Positions 19,833 to 31,606 are shown, numbered from the stretch's first letter. The stretch: 64,000 bases of DNA from Candidatus Latescibacterota bacterium (GCA_965217865.1 CBDCJO010000002.1:4256001-4320000); one strand, 5' to 3'. Notes: generated by a model not told the origin, from the sequence alone. A program made the numbers and translations.

Positions 19833-20627
19833 TCAATCTTCAATCTTCAATATCCTCACCGGATCCCCCCTCCGAATTCCGGAGGATTTGGCCATATCAC
19901 CACGATTAACCGAGATCTCCAGTTCACCCCCGCTCCCGATAATCGCCAGCGGCGAGTCGATTGGGACAGCGTCATAGCTTTCGGAGAGAGCGTTGATCTT
20001 GACGGGTCCGCTCGTGATCTCAACTCCACCGTCCCCCACGAATGAACGATAATCAGGTTCCAACACATTTGTGATCGCGTTTCCGAACCGGTCGATGTGG
20101 ATGATTCGCCCGGTCATGAGTTCTCCTTCTACCGCGGGCTTGAGTCCCGGGAGTTGGACCCACTCGGAGATGGCGGGCCCCAACGCCGAGAGCGATACCC
20201 CTTTCGCCATATGGCCTGCCGCGGGCGCAAACACGTCCCGGCCGTGAAACGTGCGGCTGATCTCCGGGAGGGCATATCCCCTTTCCGAGATCTCCACCAC
20301 CTCCAAAACTCGCTCTCGGACACACGATCGACTGAGAAGGCCATTGTCCGGCCCGACGAATATATGATTATCCGTTCGCACCGCGATGGGAATTCGGCGT
20401 CCGCCTACACCCGGATCCACGACCGCGATGTGAATCGAATCCTTCGGGAACCACCAGAATGCCCGGCTCAGTACAAAGGCACCCTCTTCGACATCCTGAG
20501 GACATATTTCGTGGGTGATGTCAATAATCGTCACCGCCGGTTGAAGGCTCAGGAGGACCCCCTTCATTTCGGCCACATATGCGTCCCGGGTCCCAAAATC
20601 CGTGGTCAACGTAATGACTCGGTTCAC
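19833..20627 (-). CDS. SAM hydrolase/SAM-dependent halogenase family (DUF62)
   Basis: TLTTDFG, VVDPGVG, GPDNG, TFHGRDVFAP, IDRFGN. Confidence 0.93.
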   Translation of the reverse strand: MNRVITLTTDFGTRDAYVAEMKGVLLSLQPAVTIIDITHEICPQDVEEGAFVLSRAFWWFPKDSIHIAVVDPGVGGRRIPIAVRTDNHIFVGPDNGLLSRSCVRERVLEVVEISERGYALPEISRTFHGRDVFAPAAGHMAKGVSLSALGPAISEWVQLPGLKPAVEGELMTGRIIHIDRFGNAITNVLEPDYRSFVGDGGVEITSGPVKINALSESYDAVPIDSPLAIIGSGGELEISVNRGDMAKSSGIRRGDPVRILKIED

Positions 20628-20697
20628 TTCAAATATCCCTCGCTCTTTGGGTCTCAATAAGCCTCGGTTCCCCGATCCTGATGGAATCTGGTTCCCC

Positions 20698-21396
20698 TCA
20701 GGGGCCATCCAACCGGAAAATTGCTTCGGAATAACCCTTTTGACTTCCGGCTCGGCGAAAGTAAATCATCTCATCGCCGAACAGTTCTTGAAAATCCCTG
20801 AGATTAAGGTCTCCGATCGGATCGGTAATATTGGGCTCCGACCCGCCTGCGAAGCAAGCAATCAAGTATCCCCCTCGTCGCGTAATACGCTTCCATTCTT
20901 TGGCTGTCTTCTGGGGACATTGGGAGTGATCAAAAGAATTCGAGTATACGACCCCGAATTTTTTATCCCACTTTTTAGGCATTTCATCAAAAGAACCCGT
21001 CCAGATATCTGATCTTGCCGCTTTTGGATTAATTTCAACACCGATCACGCTTTTTCGAAAAATGTTATTTGCTTCCGACCTACTCATAGTTTCGAGTTTG
21101 GGCACAACGGACCTGAAAGATTCCTCTCGTATTTCGTTCACCTTTGGAATAAAATGCCAGAATCGCGAACCAAAAAATCCCATCCTGAAGAGATCCACTT
21201 CTCTTCCATTCCTGGTCCCCAGGCACAGAATGGGACCCAAGCCATCCCCCCTGGAACTCATATCCTGATGGATAATTTTTTTATACTTCAGGATGTCGTG
21301 AAAGGATATGCCTGAGTACTCAAATTTGACACTGGAGCGTTTGATCTGTGTCTCAATATATTCTTGTCGGGATTGATTGGCCGGATAAATTTTCAT
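20698..21396 (-). CDS. Hypothetical protein, probable class I methyltransferase fold
   Basis: LCLGTRNGRE, GVEIN, YSNSFDH, RRGGYL; visibly more AT-rich than neighbours. Confidence 0.55.
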   Translation of the reverse strand: MKIYPANQSRQEYIETQIKRSSVKFEYSGISFHDILKYKKIIHQDMSSRGDGLGPILCLGTRNGREVDLFRMGFFGSRFWHFIPKVNEIREESFRSVVPKLETMSRSEANNIFRKSVIGVEINPKAARSDIWTGSFDEMPKKWDKKFGVVYSNSFDHSQCPQKTAKEWKRITRRGGYLIACFAGGSEPNITDPIGDLNLRDFQELFGDEMIYFRRAGSQKGYSEAIFRLDGP

Positions 21397-21451
21397 AGAT
21401 AAAATGGGATCTTCCTAGTTTTTGGTGGAAAGCGACGTTCTGCGAGGCGAC

Positions 21452-21548
21452 GCATCCGCGGGAAACGGCCCGTGATTCTTTGGCCCAGCCCAACGGGCTG
21501 GGGTTGAATATGGGCGAATCGAGCGGGCCAACGGTCCGCGATCCGGAT
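21452..21548. repeat. Palindromic dispersed (REP/MITE-like) element, copy A
   Basis: Reverse complement closely matches 50268-50364; core CCCAGCCC..GGGCTGGG hairpin. Confidence 0.8.
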
Positions 21549-21585
21549 CAATCCCACACATACCGTTCATCGTAGGCCACTCCCC

Positions 21586-22278
21586 TCAAAATAGGCCCCG
21601 CTCCTTCAGACTTAAAAAATTCTGCTTCCCGATAATCAGATGGTCCAACACTTCGATGCCCATGATCTTCCCCGCTTTCACCATTCGGTCTGTCAATTCC
21701 AGGTCCTCACGTGAGGGGGTCACGTCTCCGGACGGGTGGTTGTGGACCAGAACCATTGCGGCCGCGACGCTTTCCACCGCCGGCGTGAAAACCTCCCGCG
21801 GATGGACCAGACTGGCGTTCAGGCTCCCCACGGACACATCCTCTCGTTTGAGGACCTGATTCCGGGCGTTGAGCAACAGGACGACAAAATGTTCCTTACG
21901 CCGGTCCCGTAAATCGGCTACCAGCGGGAAGACATCTGCGGGTTTGGATATCGCAGGAAGAACCCCGATCCCCCTGTTAAGAGCCCTTTTTGCCAGTTCG
22001 AACCCGGCGACCAGGACCGAGGCCTTCGCCTTTCCGATGCCCTTGATCTCGGTCAACGATCGTAACGGGCGACTGAGCAGTTGATCGATCGGGGATTTCT
22101 TCAGGATCGTCCGGGCCATCCGAAGCACTTTCCGCCCCTTATATCCAGTCCCAAGCAGAATGGCAAGCAGTTCCTCGTCTTTCAGCCCCTCCGGCCCACG
22201 GACGGACAGCTTCTCCCGGGGAAGGTCGACCTTCGCCAACTCTTGGCATGCATCTCCGCATCTGGCCATAGTGCCCAT
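21586..22278 (-). CDS. radC: RadC family JAB-domain protein
   Basis: PREKL, ELLAILLGTG, VHPREVF, HNHPSGDVTPSRED, LDHLIIG. Confidence 0.93.
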   Translation of the reverse strand: MGTMARCGDACQELAKVDLPREKLSVRGPEGLKDEELLAILLGTGYKGRKVLRMARTILKKSPIDQLLSRPLRSLTEIKGIGKAKASVLVAGFELAKRALNRGIGVLPAISKPADVFPLVADLRDRRKEHFVVLLLNARNQVLKREDVSVGSLNASLVHPREVFTPAVESVAAAMVLVHNHPSGDVTPSREDLELTDRMVKAGKIMGIEVLDHLIIGKQNFLSLKERGLF

Positions 22279-22550
22279 CGATTCAAATCCCAATTTATGC
22301 ACGATACGCATTCAACGCAAAGTTTTTTGCTGCAAACAGCGTTCCAACCCCAAACCTCGCCCTGAACATTCAGAAACCGAATAACTACAAAGGAAAACTT
22401 TGGTCTCTCTTTGTCCAGCACCTTGGTGCGCCAATAAAATGTATCTAAACTGCCTTTATTTCATGGCACTTCCTGCCTTCGACTGACGGCATCCACGATT
22501 CTCATTCTGTCGGAAGAGATTATCCCGACTTAACCTGAATGAGTCACCAA

Positions 22551-22860
22551 AATCCCCTCCCTGGAGGGGTGCCCCGGCGTGACTTAAGCCGGGGCGGGGT
22601 GGGTCATATCCCATTCTTATCCCCAATTCCGGACGCCATGATGCGCGCCTTCGAGCTTAACATCACCGTCAATAAATCGTAGCCAGAGTCATGTTCTTTC
22701 TCAACCCTCTGGCAAGCTCCTTTAGCCTCCGATTGTATCTGAAGATTTCTCTCCTCACCCCTGAATCCCCTCCAAGGAGTGGACTCCACCAATCCCCTCC
22801 CTGGAGGGGTGCCCCGACGTGACTTAAGCCCAGGCGGGGTGGGTCATATCGCGAATTCAG
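22551..22860. repeat. Two REP-like palindromic copies flanking a DUF559 endonuclease remnant
   Basis: AATCCCCTCCCTGGAGGGGTGCCCCG..GGGGTGGGTCATATC at about 22551 and 22792. Minus-strand remnant RYNRRLKELARGLRKNMT lies between them. Third related copy at about 63000-63058. Confidence 0.75.
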
Positions 22861-23176
22861 GGGTGCTTTTTGGCCGTAACTCTCAATAAAATAGTGCATT
22901 TTTTTAATTTGGACCGTTTCACGATTCACCACCTGCGATCCCCGTTGGCCTTTTGGCGTTTCACGGGAACAAAAAAATGGCTTGCAGAACTCCACGCAAG
23001 CCAATGTCTTTCGATCGTGGTCGGATTTGAACGCGGCCTATCTCAACTCCCGTTTCTGTTTTTTCCTTCCGGAAACGGCCAACTGTTACTGCTAGTCGTT
23101 TTCTGCAATTCTTTCTCCACCAACTCTTTGCTTTTATGCCACCTGCTCTTCCTGTACCTGCTCCTTGGTGCCCATA

Positions 23177-23983
23177 TTACTTTAGATATTCGTCGATAAT
23201 CCGCTTTAACTCACCACTCCTTCTCATCTCATAAATAACGGCATCCAATTTTTTCACGAAATCAGCCTTGTAAAGGAACTTGTGGTTATCTCTGTCAGTA
23301 TATCCCAGGAATCCTTGTTCTATGGAGATCGTAGCGCCTTCGATAAGTTTTGGAGCCCCGTGGAATTTTCCGCTTTCTTTCAACCGCTTTAATTCCCACA
23401 AAATGGATAGGCGATCATTCATATGGCAATCAATACGTTTTCTGAACAGGTTTCTCAGGTTTTCTACATTTCCCCTGGCCTCCCGCACTTTGATTTTCCC
23501 TTCTCGAACTGCCCTCCAGAATTTATCACCACCGATCTCGAACCCCGAATTGTTGCCGATAGTCAATCCATAATAGTCTTCCGGCCATCTTGGCCTGGGA
23601 TTCTCCAGTATCTCTTTGGTGCAAAACACGACAACTTTCTCATCTAGAATGGGTAACGAGTAAGGCCACATATAGGGTCTTTCTTTCGTGTGGTGATAGG
23701 GCGGGTATAAAGCAAATCCCTCCCCACGTTCCAAATAATTCAAACCCCGTTTCCAGGGAACGGCCTTGATATTTACTTTATAACCGTCCATCCTGGAGAA
23801 CGCTGTTTTAAGGATCTCTGAATAGATTCCCTTTACCGCCCCCCCTTCCTCGTATGAATAAGGTGGAAAATTATTATCGGCATAAACGATAACATCGATA
23901 TCCGCTGCGAAAGTGTTAACGGAAGAAGCTAAAAGAAAAACAAAAATGGCCGAGAATATATTGCACATATAATACTCTGGCAA
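23177..23983 (-). CDS. Periplasmic solute-binding protein (SBP family 3-like)
   Basis: Signal peptide; FPPYSY, GIYSEIL, VPWKRG, MRRSGELKRI. Confidence 0.88.
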   Translation of the reverse strand: MPEYYMCNIFSAIFVFLLASSVNTFAADIDVIVYADNNFPPYSYEEGGAVKGIYSEILKTAFSRMDGYKVNIKAVPWKRGLNYLERGEGFALYPPYHHTKERPYMWPYSLPILDEKVVVFCTKEILENPRPRWPEDYYGLTIGNNSGFEIGGDKFWRAVREGKIKVREARGNVENLRNLFRKRIDCHMNDRLSILWELKRLKESGKFHGAPKLIEGATISIEQGFLGYTDRDNHKFLYKADFVKKLDAVIYEMRRSGELKRIIDEYLK

Positions 23984-24017
23984 CCGTTCCGTTTAACAGA
24001 CATGGAACCGATTGTAA

Positions 24018-25368
24018 TTAGAGATCCCCAGGTGATCCCAACTCTCCGACACCGGACCAGTCGGTGGAGACACCCTGGACCATATAATGAGCGGCTCGTC
24101 GAAGGTAAAGCTTGGCGGCCTTGTCTTCAGGGCTATGCTCAATGACGCTGTTGAACTTGACGCTGGCTTCTGCGAACTTCCTTTCGTGATACAGAAATAA
24201 CCCCTCTTCAAAGTCGGGTTTGGTCTTTAGTTTTAACTCCACGATGTTTACCGAATCCCCGTCAAACACTTCATAAACCGACACCGGAACCGTTTTTCCT
24301 TTGACATGGACCTTATCGAGAAATCGATACTTGAATTTATCGGGATCTTCCAAATGCTTCAATGTCTGTTCGCTGATAATTATCGATACCCCATATTCCC
24401 TGGTCAAGGATTCCATCCTGGATGCCAGGTTTACGGCATCGGCGATGACCGTCCCCTGCATCCGCTCTTCTTCTCCTATTATTCCGAGCATCAGGCTGCC
24501 GGTATGCAGGCTGATCCCCACCCCAATCTGTTGAGCATTCGTCCCTTGAAGGCGGCCGCTGTGAGCGGCTACCTCTCGAAGCATATCGATGGCGGCCTGG
24601 AGGGCATATTCGGCTTTCTTAGGAAACAGCGCCATAATCGCATCGCCCATATAGTTGTCTACAAAACCGTGACATTGACGGATGATCGGGCCTACGCGAC
24701 TGAGAAAGGAGTTGAGGAAATTGAAATTCTCCTGCGGGCTCATACGTTCCGATAGGGGAGTAAAATCCCGGATATCCGAAAACATAACGGTCATGGTTTG
24801 CTCGACCTGATCACCCAAACTGACCCCGGTAATGCTCTCTTTTTTGAGGATACTCAGGAATTCCCGTGGAACAAAACGCTCCATAGCCCGGCTTAGTTCA
24901 ACGAACTCGGACGTTCTTTCATCAACCCGCCTTTCCAGCTCAATATTGGCTAACTGTAGCTGACTCTGCAAGCCTGCGTAGAACCAGATGGGTTTCAACG
25001 CGGGCAAGCACCTCTTCAAACTGAAAGGGCTTGGTGACATAGTCCACCCCCCCGGCCATAAACGCTTGAATTTTGTCCGATACCTCGTCCAGTGCGCTGA
25101 TAAAAATGATTGGGATTTCACGCGTTTTCTGCTCCTCCTTCAAATGCCGGCAAACCTCGTAACCGTCCATATCCGGCATATTGATGTCAAGCAGGATCAG
25201 GTCGGGGGTTGCGGACCGTGCCACCGTAAGGGCCATAGGCCCGTTCGACACCCCCCGCACTTTGTATCTCTGCTCGGTCAACATGCTCGATAAAACTCGA
25301 AGATTTGCAAGCGTGTCGTCTACGATCAAAATGTCTCCTTTGGATGCACCTTGTTCTTGGTCACCCAT
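24018..25368 (-). CDS. Response regulator-adenylate/guanylate cyclase (class III) with C-terminal TPR-like tail; +1 frameshift at about 24972
   Basis: REC: ILIVDD..LLDINMP..DYVTKPF. Cyclase: MFSDIRDFT, YMGDAIMA, GTVIADAVNLASRME, VKGK. Confidence 0.85.
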
Positions 25369-25424
25369 AAACGAACTCCTGTTTGAAGGACTCGAACTTC
25401 CTATCTTTCCCACGAATTTTGGAT

Positions 25425-28164
25425 CTATAGCGACTCCTGAACCACCTGCGTGTGTTCAGGATTCATACGGAAGGAAACACCCCAAATATCTTCGTCGAGG
25501 ATCTTATAGATATTGCCGATCTGCACGATCGCGTTCTTAAAGGCCATCCCGCGAACCCTGACCAACGCCCTCTCGAGGTTTTTGGCGCGGTTCTCTCCCA
25601 TCTTTTCCACGTGATACTCCAGGCTGCCTTTGAGTTTTTTCATCTTATCGATCTCTTTGAGCTGGTTGATCAAAAACTTCCGACGCCCCGGAGCCACCCG
25701 GCGGATGGCCGCCATTGGATCTCGCTTCCAGCCCGACCTTCCGATTAATTCCTCCAGGGCGCGCATAGCCCGGCGACTTCGCAGGTCGGAAAAAGCCAGA
25801 CCTTTCCGATACTTCACCAGAGACGCTTCCATCTCTATGTCCACACCGACCACCACCTTTGTCTTCCGCCGGTATCCAGAGCCGATCGAAACGGCGTCGA
25901 TCTCCCACCCCGCCACCATCGACCCCCCCAGCAAGCACAACTGCCGCTTTCCCCCTTCGTTCCCCTGCACCGTCGCCCTCTTCTTAACCTCCACCGTTGA
26001 ATCCTGAACGTTGTTGCGCACGACAAGGTCTCCCCCGACTTTTACCTCCGAGTCCTGGATAAACCGGACGTACAGGTCCCCGCCCGCTTTCACCTTCGCC
26101 CCGATGATACCCCCCTGCACCACCACAGTTCCCTCGGCAGTTACCTGCCCGCCCCGTTCGACGGCTCCCCCCAAATGGACATCCCCCGTCGCTTCCACAC
26201 GGAACCTGCTCTTTACCGTCCCCTTGATCTCTGCGTCCCCTTCTAAATGGAGGTTGCCCGTCTGGTAGCCCACATCCCCCCGGTGCCGGTAGAGGTTCAT
26301 CACTGAGAGGGTGTCTTTCATGACCCGCGGCCAACCTGGGCTCGTGGCGTAGAAAAGCTGGTCGCCGGTTTCTTCCTTGGCGACGACGTTCGGGCCGGGG
26401 GAAAGCCGTTGTGGTTCCTGTTTTGGGGGCTGCACCACACGTCCCCGTACATCCTTGCCGACCTTTCCCGGTATAGGGAGTGTACGCCGTGCAAGCAGCT
26501 CTCCAACCTTCACCTGAGGAACCGCATCCCGCTCCCGAAAATCGATCGATCCGGCTTCCAAGAGTTTTCCGGGATCGGGCCTCTGCTTGAAGAGCAGCTC
26601 TACCCGACCGCTCTGTTCCGGTTCGGGAGGCGTTCCCCGTGACAGCAGCACCGTCTGCGTCCCCAGGACCTCGTCTGTCGGAGGCATTTCAGAAAGTCCC
26701 GCAACGGCCTCCGAGTCCACCCCGTGGCGCACGCGCGCATTCTCCAGGAACCTCTCAATCTCCGCGGTTGTCGGCAACACAGGCTTCTGCCCTTGCGGCA
26801 GTTCGACAAAATGGACCTCCATCTTATCCGGAGATATATGGATCGGTGGAACCACCAGAATATGATCGTCCAACACCCCTGCATATCCAAAAATCTCCGA
26901 TACGAAACGCAAAAGCCCCCCTCGACTTCCCGTCGTACATTGATTCCCGCCTTGTACAATTTCTGCTCCTGTAGATCCTCCGGAAGGGCGACCGACTCTC
27001 CGAAAAAAGGTCCTTACCCGGACCCCTTTCGGCCCCCTCCCCGGCCTGCTCGGCCAGCACCTCCCCCTCGTGCACGGCCTGCACCACAATTTCACAGGCT
27101 GCCACCTTTTCGAATTCCCTCGCCTTCAGCGTCTCCTTGACCTCTTCGAATCGGGCTGGCGGAAGTGGATCGAACCCGAAGATAATCTGCCCCTTCGATA
27201 GCATCGGGGGCTGTCCCCTGGCGATCCGCACGCACGACTCCCGCAGATCGCCCTGTTTCAGATCCGAACACATCTGAGCGATGGCCTCCCGGTCGATCCC
27301 CACGCCGATCTTCAACGCCTTGAGCATTTCCAGGATCTCTTCCGGATCGGGTACCTTACGCTCCCCCAGATGGGGGGGGTTTATAAAATAGGCTTCCAAC
27401 CGGTCCTGAGAGATCCAGATGGGGGAGACCACCGACAAAGAACCTCCGATAACGGAGATATAGCCGAAGGTTTTCGAGGTTATAGATCCAGCCTCGTTCT
27501 CAATGACCCCGACACCGGCCTTCAAGGAACTCGGCTCTTCACCCACAACGGTTCGGACCGGCTTTCCGAAGACATCTCTACCGGGTTCAATCACATCCTC
27601 TCCCTGGACCTCCATCAGCAGGGATCGGGCCGTCACAGCCACTATCGGATGACCGTACCTTCGGATCTGCCCGATATTGATGTAACCCATCACTTCATCG
27701 ATCTCACGTAACACGGAGGAGGCAATGTGCACCGGTTCCCCGGTACCAAGCTGTCGAAGCCCTTCCAGAAAGGGGTATTCCACCTGCTTCCGCTTCAGGT
27801 AGACCGCAGGCTTCCCTTTTGCCGCGGGAATATCCCGCTGATGCCGTCCAGAACTGTCGGCCTGCCCAACCTCCTTTTTCAGGGTTTCCTTCTGAACACC
27901 CCAGATGACCCGCTCCCTTTTAAGTGCCTCCTGCACCTCCGCGAGTTTCGTATCCGGAAAGACCCCCTCCAATTGGGCCTCCATCCGATCCTCGGAGACG
28001 ATCACGCGCAGCCGGCGATGTTGAGGCTCTCCCACCGGAGCTTTCAGATCCGTGGGATCACCTCCATCATCCATGGCCTCTGAGGCCTGATCCAGAAACT
28101 CCTTCAGCCCCTCGTCTCGATCCTTTTCTTCTAGGGAATCGTCCGTGTTTTTCTTTTCAGCCAT
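25425..28164 (-). CDS. FapA/DUF342 family protein with repeated N-terminal domains; broken by frameshifts at about 27003 and 26916
   Basis: IDFRE, GKDV.G, GDVGYQTGNL, beta-helix GDxxVxG repeats, IGSG..TKVVVG; intermediate frame GESVALPEDLQEQKLYKAGINV joins the two ORFs. Confidence 0.8.
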
Positions 28165-28242
28165 TTGTCTAAGCTCAAGAAACCGAAGAAAAAAGTGATA
28201 CGGATGTCTAATGATGTACGGTACCGTCTTCGATCCACCCGC

Positions 28243-29277
28243 CTACTCCATCCACTTTTCCGTTGCGCTCAACACCTGTTCCACCCCATCCTGCCAACCG
28301 GGAATCTCCTCCTGCAGTTTACATTCCGTTACCGCCATAGCCACGTAGGGCAAAAACCCATTGAGGGACTTGATATCCGCTTCCCCAACCAGAACATCTT
28401 TTTTCATCCGATCCACTTCCAGGAGCGCGAGGACATCCTCACCCCTGTATACAGGCAGGAACCCGAGGCTGTTAATGGCAAAACCCCGACGAACCTCATC
28501 CGGATCTTTCACCCAGACACGGGTCCCCTTCTTCACGGCCTCCCGAAAGGCCTGCGTTACCGCTTCAGTCTGCCCTAAACCGATATTTTGCAATTCCTCT
28601 TTCGGTACCCTCGACCCGGCTTCCAGGAATCCCACTGCGGCCATCAATTTTATCCCATCGTCGCCATCCGGCGCGTAGAGGGCCCCGGCGTCACAGTTGC
28701 ACAGATCCATCGCGAGCCTTATCGCCAGGCTCAGCGACTCTTCGGGATCCTGAAGGGAGAGCAGGTGTCTGAGCAGCTCATCCCGGGCTTCCAGTTCTTG
28801 AAGCCGGAGGTGAAGTTCCCGGGTTCGCTCCTCCACACGCCTTTCCAGGTGCTCGTTCGCTTCCTGAAGCTCCTTTTGAAGGTTGCGGATGGACAAATGG
28901 GTCTCGATGCGCGCCAGCACCTCCTCAATCTGAAAGGGCTTGGTGATGTAATCGACCCCGCCAACTCCGAATGCCTTTACCTTGTCAAGCGGCTCGTCCA
29001 ATGCACTGATAAAGATAACAGGGATCTCTCGCGATTCGGGTTCGGCCTTCAAACGACGGCAGACTTCATACCCGTCCATTTTGGGCATGTTGATGTCAAG
29101 CAGGATCAGGTCGGGTGGGGCCGATCGCACCGCAGTGAGGGCCATCGAACCGTTTGGCACACCGCGCACTTTATACGATTGATCGGACAGCATCTGGAAC
29201 AAAACGCGGAGGTTGGCCAAAATATCATCAACGACCAGGATATTGCCTTTGGTGACATCGTCTTCTGGGTTGTCCAT
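28243..29277 (-). CDS. Response regulator with C-terminal GAF-like domain
   Basis: ILVVDD, LLDINMP, DYITKPF; then CDAGALY...LGFLPVYRGEDVLALLEVD. Confidence 0.85.
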   Translation of the reverse strand: MDNPEDDVTKGNILVVDDILANLRVLFQMLSDQSYKVRGVPNGSMALTAVRSAPPDLILLDINMPKMDGYEVCRRLKAEPESREIPVIFISALDEPLDKVKAFGVGGVDYITKPFQIEEVLARIETHLSIRNLQKELQEANEHLERRVEERTRELHLRLQELEARDELLRHLLSLQDPEESLSLAIRLAMDLCNCDAGALYAPDGDDGIKLMAAVGFLEAGSRVPKEELQNIGLGQTEAVTQAFREAVKKGTRVWVKDPDEVRRGFAINSLGFLPVYRGEDVLALLEVDRMKKDVLVGEADIKSLNGFLPYVAMAVTECKLQEEIPGWQDGVEQVLSATEKWME

Positions 29278-29362
29278 AGTGAATTCTCCTGTTTTCTAGC
29301 TTCTACCAGATCTCACGACTCGTAAGTCCCAAGGGACGAGGAAGCGGCACAATCTAGCCACT

Positions 29363-31606
29363 TTACTTTTCCTGTTCCGTCAAGCCCATAATCTGTTCGA
29401 ACTGAAACCCCACAACGAGTGCACGTAGCCCTTCCGCCACATCGCCGTCTTCGCCTTTGATCCTTTCGATCAATCTGAGTATCATCTCTGCGTCCGCCAT
29501 GGTTGCCGCCTCGTGTACCTCTGCAACCCATTCCGGGGACAATACGGACAGGGTTTCTTGTGTCAGCCCCTGGCGAGAAGTGGATTCTGCCGGAGGAGGC
29601 TCGGCTTTATCTTCGTACACAAACCGCACCCCCAGATGATTCGCCATGGCCTCGAAGATCTCCTCCGCCCGAAACGGTTTCCGAATGAAACCTTCGCAGC
29701 CCGCAGAAAGAACGATCGACCGCTGCTCCTCAAACGCACTCGCCGTTATAGCAATGATCACGGTGTCCTGTCCCTTTGGCATCGCCTTGATCCGCTTTGT
29801 CGCCTCGTATCCGTCCATCACGGGCATCTGCATGTCCATCCAGATCAGATGCGGCTCCCACCCGTCCCACACCTCAATCCCTTCCTGCCCGTTTTCAGCC
29901 CCCCGCACATCAAACCCCAGCGGGGCCAGCAGATCCAGCAACAGCTTTCGGCTTTCAAACACATCCTCTACCACCAGGATGCGGTAGACCGGCTGGCCCG
30001 GCTCGAGCCCAATCACACCCCGCGCCGGCTGTTCCACCGGCGCCTCTATTGCTTCGGCCATCCCCATCCGCACGTCGAACCGGAAGACGGATCCCTTGCC
30101 TTCCTCGCTGCTCGCCGTCAACTCCCCCCCCATCAGCATGACGAACTGCTGGCTGATCGGCAGCCCCAGGCCTGTGCCCTCCTGCTTCTTCTGACCCGAA
30201 GCCGTCTGAACGAAGGCGTCGAACAGGACCGTCATCTCTTCTGCGGCAATTCCCGGACCCGAATCTTCAACCTCAAATATCAGACGGGTGTCCGAGTCCG
30301 CTTCCCGATAGCCCACACGCAGGGTCACGCCTCCCTCTTCGGTGAACTTGATCGCATTCCCAACAAGGTTGATCAGAACCTGCCGAAGCTTGTTCTCATC
30401 CGTTCGTATTAATTGAGGCACGCTCGGGTCCAGGTCCAGGATCAACCGAAGGCCTTTATCCTTCGCACGGAGACCGAGCATCTCTTCCAGGTTATTCAGA
30501 AGACGATACAGGTTGAAGTCCTCCTCGTTCAGCACGATCTGCCCTGCTTCGATCTTTGACATATCGAGCACGTCGTTGATCAGGGTCAAAAGGTGTTCAC
30601 CGCTTTGGCCGATCACCCTCAAGTTCTCCTGTTGTTCAGCCGTGAGCCCTTTATTCCGGGTCATCAACTGAGAAAAACCCAGGATGGCGTTGAGGGGAGT
30701 GCGAAGTTCATGGCTCATGTTCGCAAGAAACACGCTCTTCGCCCGGTTGGCCGCCTCCGCGGCGACACGGGCTTCCTGGGCTTCTCCCCCTGCTTTTGCT
30801 AACTCTTTGGTACGCTCATTCACCTTCTGTTCCAAATTTCGGTTGGAATCCTCCAATTCCCTGTTGCTCCGCTTCAGTGCCTCAAACAGCCCCTTTATCG
30901 AACCGCTCATCACCTCGAAATTCTTCGCGAGGTTTCCTATCTCATCGTGGCTGCTTGTATCGATGGAGGCTTCTAAATCCCCATTTGCAATCCGTGTCGC
31001 GGAATCCTGGAGCCCCAATAAAGGACGAGAGATATACCGGCGTGTGATAACGATGGACGTCAGAAAAATAGATATGATGATCAGAATAGTTAAAGTGATT
31101 GTGCCCGAAATATTATAAAGGAGCGCCTTCCTGCTTCTCTCATTCGACATCGCGAGATGAATTGTGGCGATTTTATCCCCTTCATGAAGAATATTCTTAG
31201 CTTTGACGATAAATTGGGAAGACTGTTCAAAATAGGCATAATCCATTTGCTGAAATTCCGGATGCGCCTTCTCTGCTACTACGTTTGGACCCTCAAATAT
31301 TTTCACGTAAACCACGGACTCATCCGAAAATAGAGCCCCCACAAAACTGTTCACAGTCTCCTGGTCAAAGTTCCAGAGCGGTTCGACCAGGCTGATCCCC
31401 GCGATTTCCATCGTATTGTCCAGATGGGACTCAAGCTCGGTGTTGATTCTGGATACACTCACGAATATAACGATCCCGGCAAAAACGAGAAGAAGCAGCG
31501 TCACGACGCCGATAAGATTATAACTCAAACGGCGGCTAAGGCTGTAGAACCGGGGAGAATGTTTGGATGCTTTTTCCACGAATATTCCCGGAGCAAAAAC
31601 TAACAC
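29363..31606 (-). CDS. Hybrid sensor histidine kinase (2 TM-HAMP-HisKA-HATPase-REC)
   Basis: FLANMSHELRTPLN, NLVGNAIKFT, DSGPGI, GTGLGL, WMDMQMP. Confidence 0.95.
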   Translation of the reverse strand: MLVFAPGIFVEKASKHSPRFYSLSRRLSYNLIGVVTLLLLVFAGIVIFVSVSRINTELESHLDNTMEIAGISLVEPLWNFDQETVNSFVGALFSDESVVYVKIFEGPNVVAEKAHPEFQQMDYAYFEQSSQFIVKAKNILHEGDKIATIHLAMSNERSRKALLYNISGTITLTILIIISIFLTSIVITRRYISRPLLGLQDSATRIANGDLEASIDTSSHDEIGNLAKNFEVMSGSIKGLFEALKRSNRELEDSNRNLEQKVNERTKELAKAGGEAQEARVAAEAANRAKSVFLANMSHELRTPLNAILGFSQLMTRNKGLTAEQQENLRVIGQSGEHLLTLINDVLDMSKIEAGQIVLNEEDFNLYRLLNNLEEMLGLRAKDKGLRLILDLDPSVPQLIRTDENKLRQVLINLVGNAIKFTEEGGVTLRVGYREADSDTRLIFEVEDSGPGIAAEEMTVLFDAFVQTASGQKKQEGTGLGLPISQQFVMLMGGELTASSEEGKGSVFRFDVRMGMAEAIEAPVEQPARGVIGLEPGQPVYRILVVEDVFESRKLLLDLLAPLGFDVRGAENGQEGIEVWDGWEPHLIWMDMQMPVMDGYEATKRIKAMPKGQDTVIIAITASAFEEQRSIVLSAGCEGFIRKPFRAEEIFEAMANHLGVRFVYEDKAEPPPAESTSRQGLTQETLSVLSPEWVAEVHEAATMADAEMILRLIERIKGEDGDVAEGLRALVVGFQFEQIMGLTEQEK

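Noticed and set aside
19833-20627. Fluorinase/chlorinase (halogenase) activity
   Set aside because: It has the DUF62 HGRD motif typical of SAM hydroxide adenosyltransferases and no biosynthetic context.
21586-22278. radC as a marker of an ICE or prophage
   Set aside because: It is full-length chromosomal-type RadC with no integrase or conjugation genes nearby.
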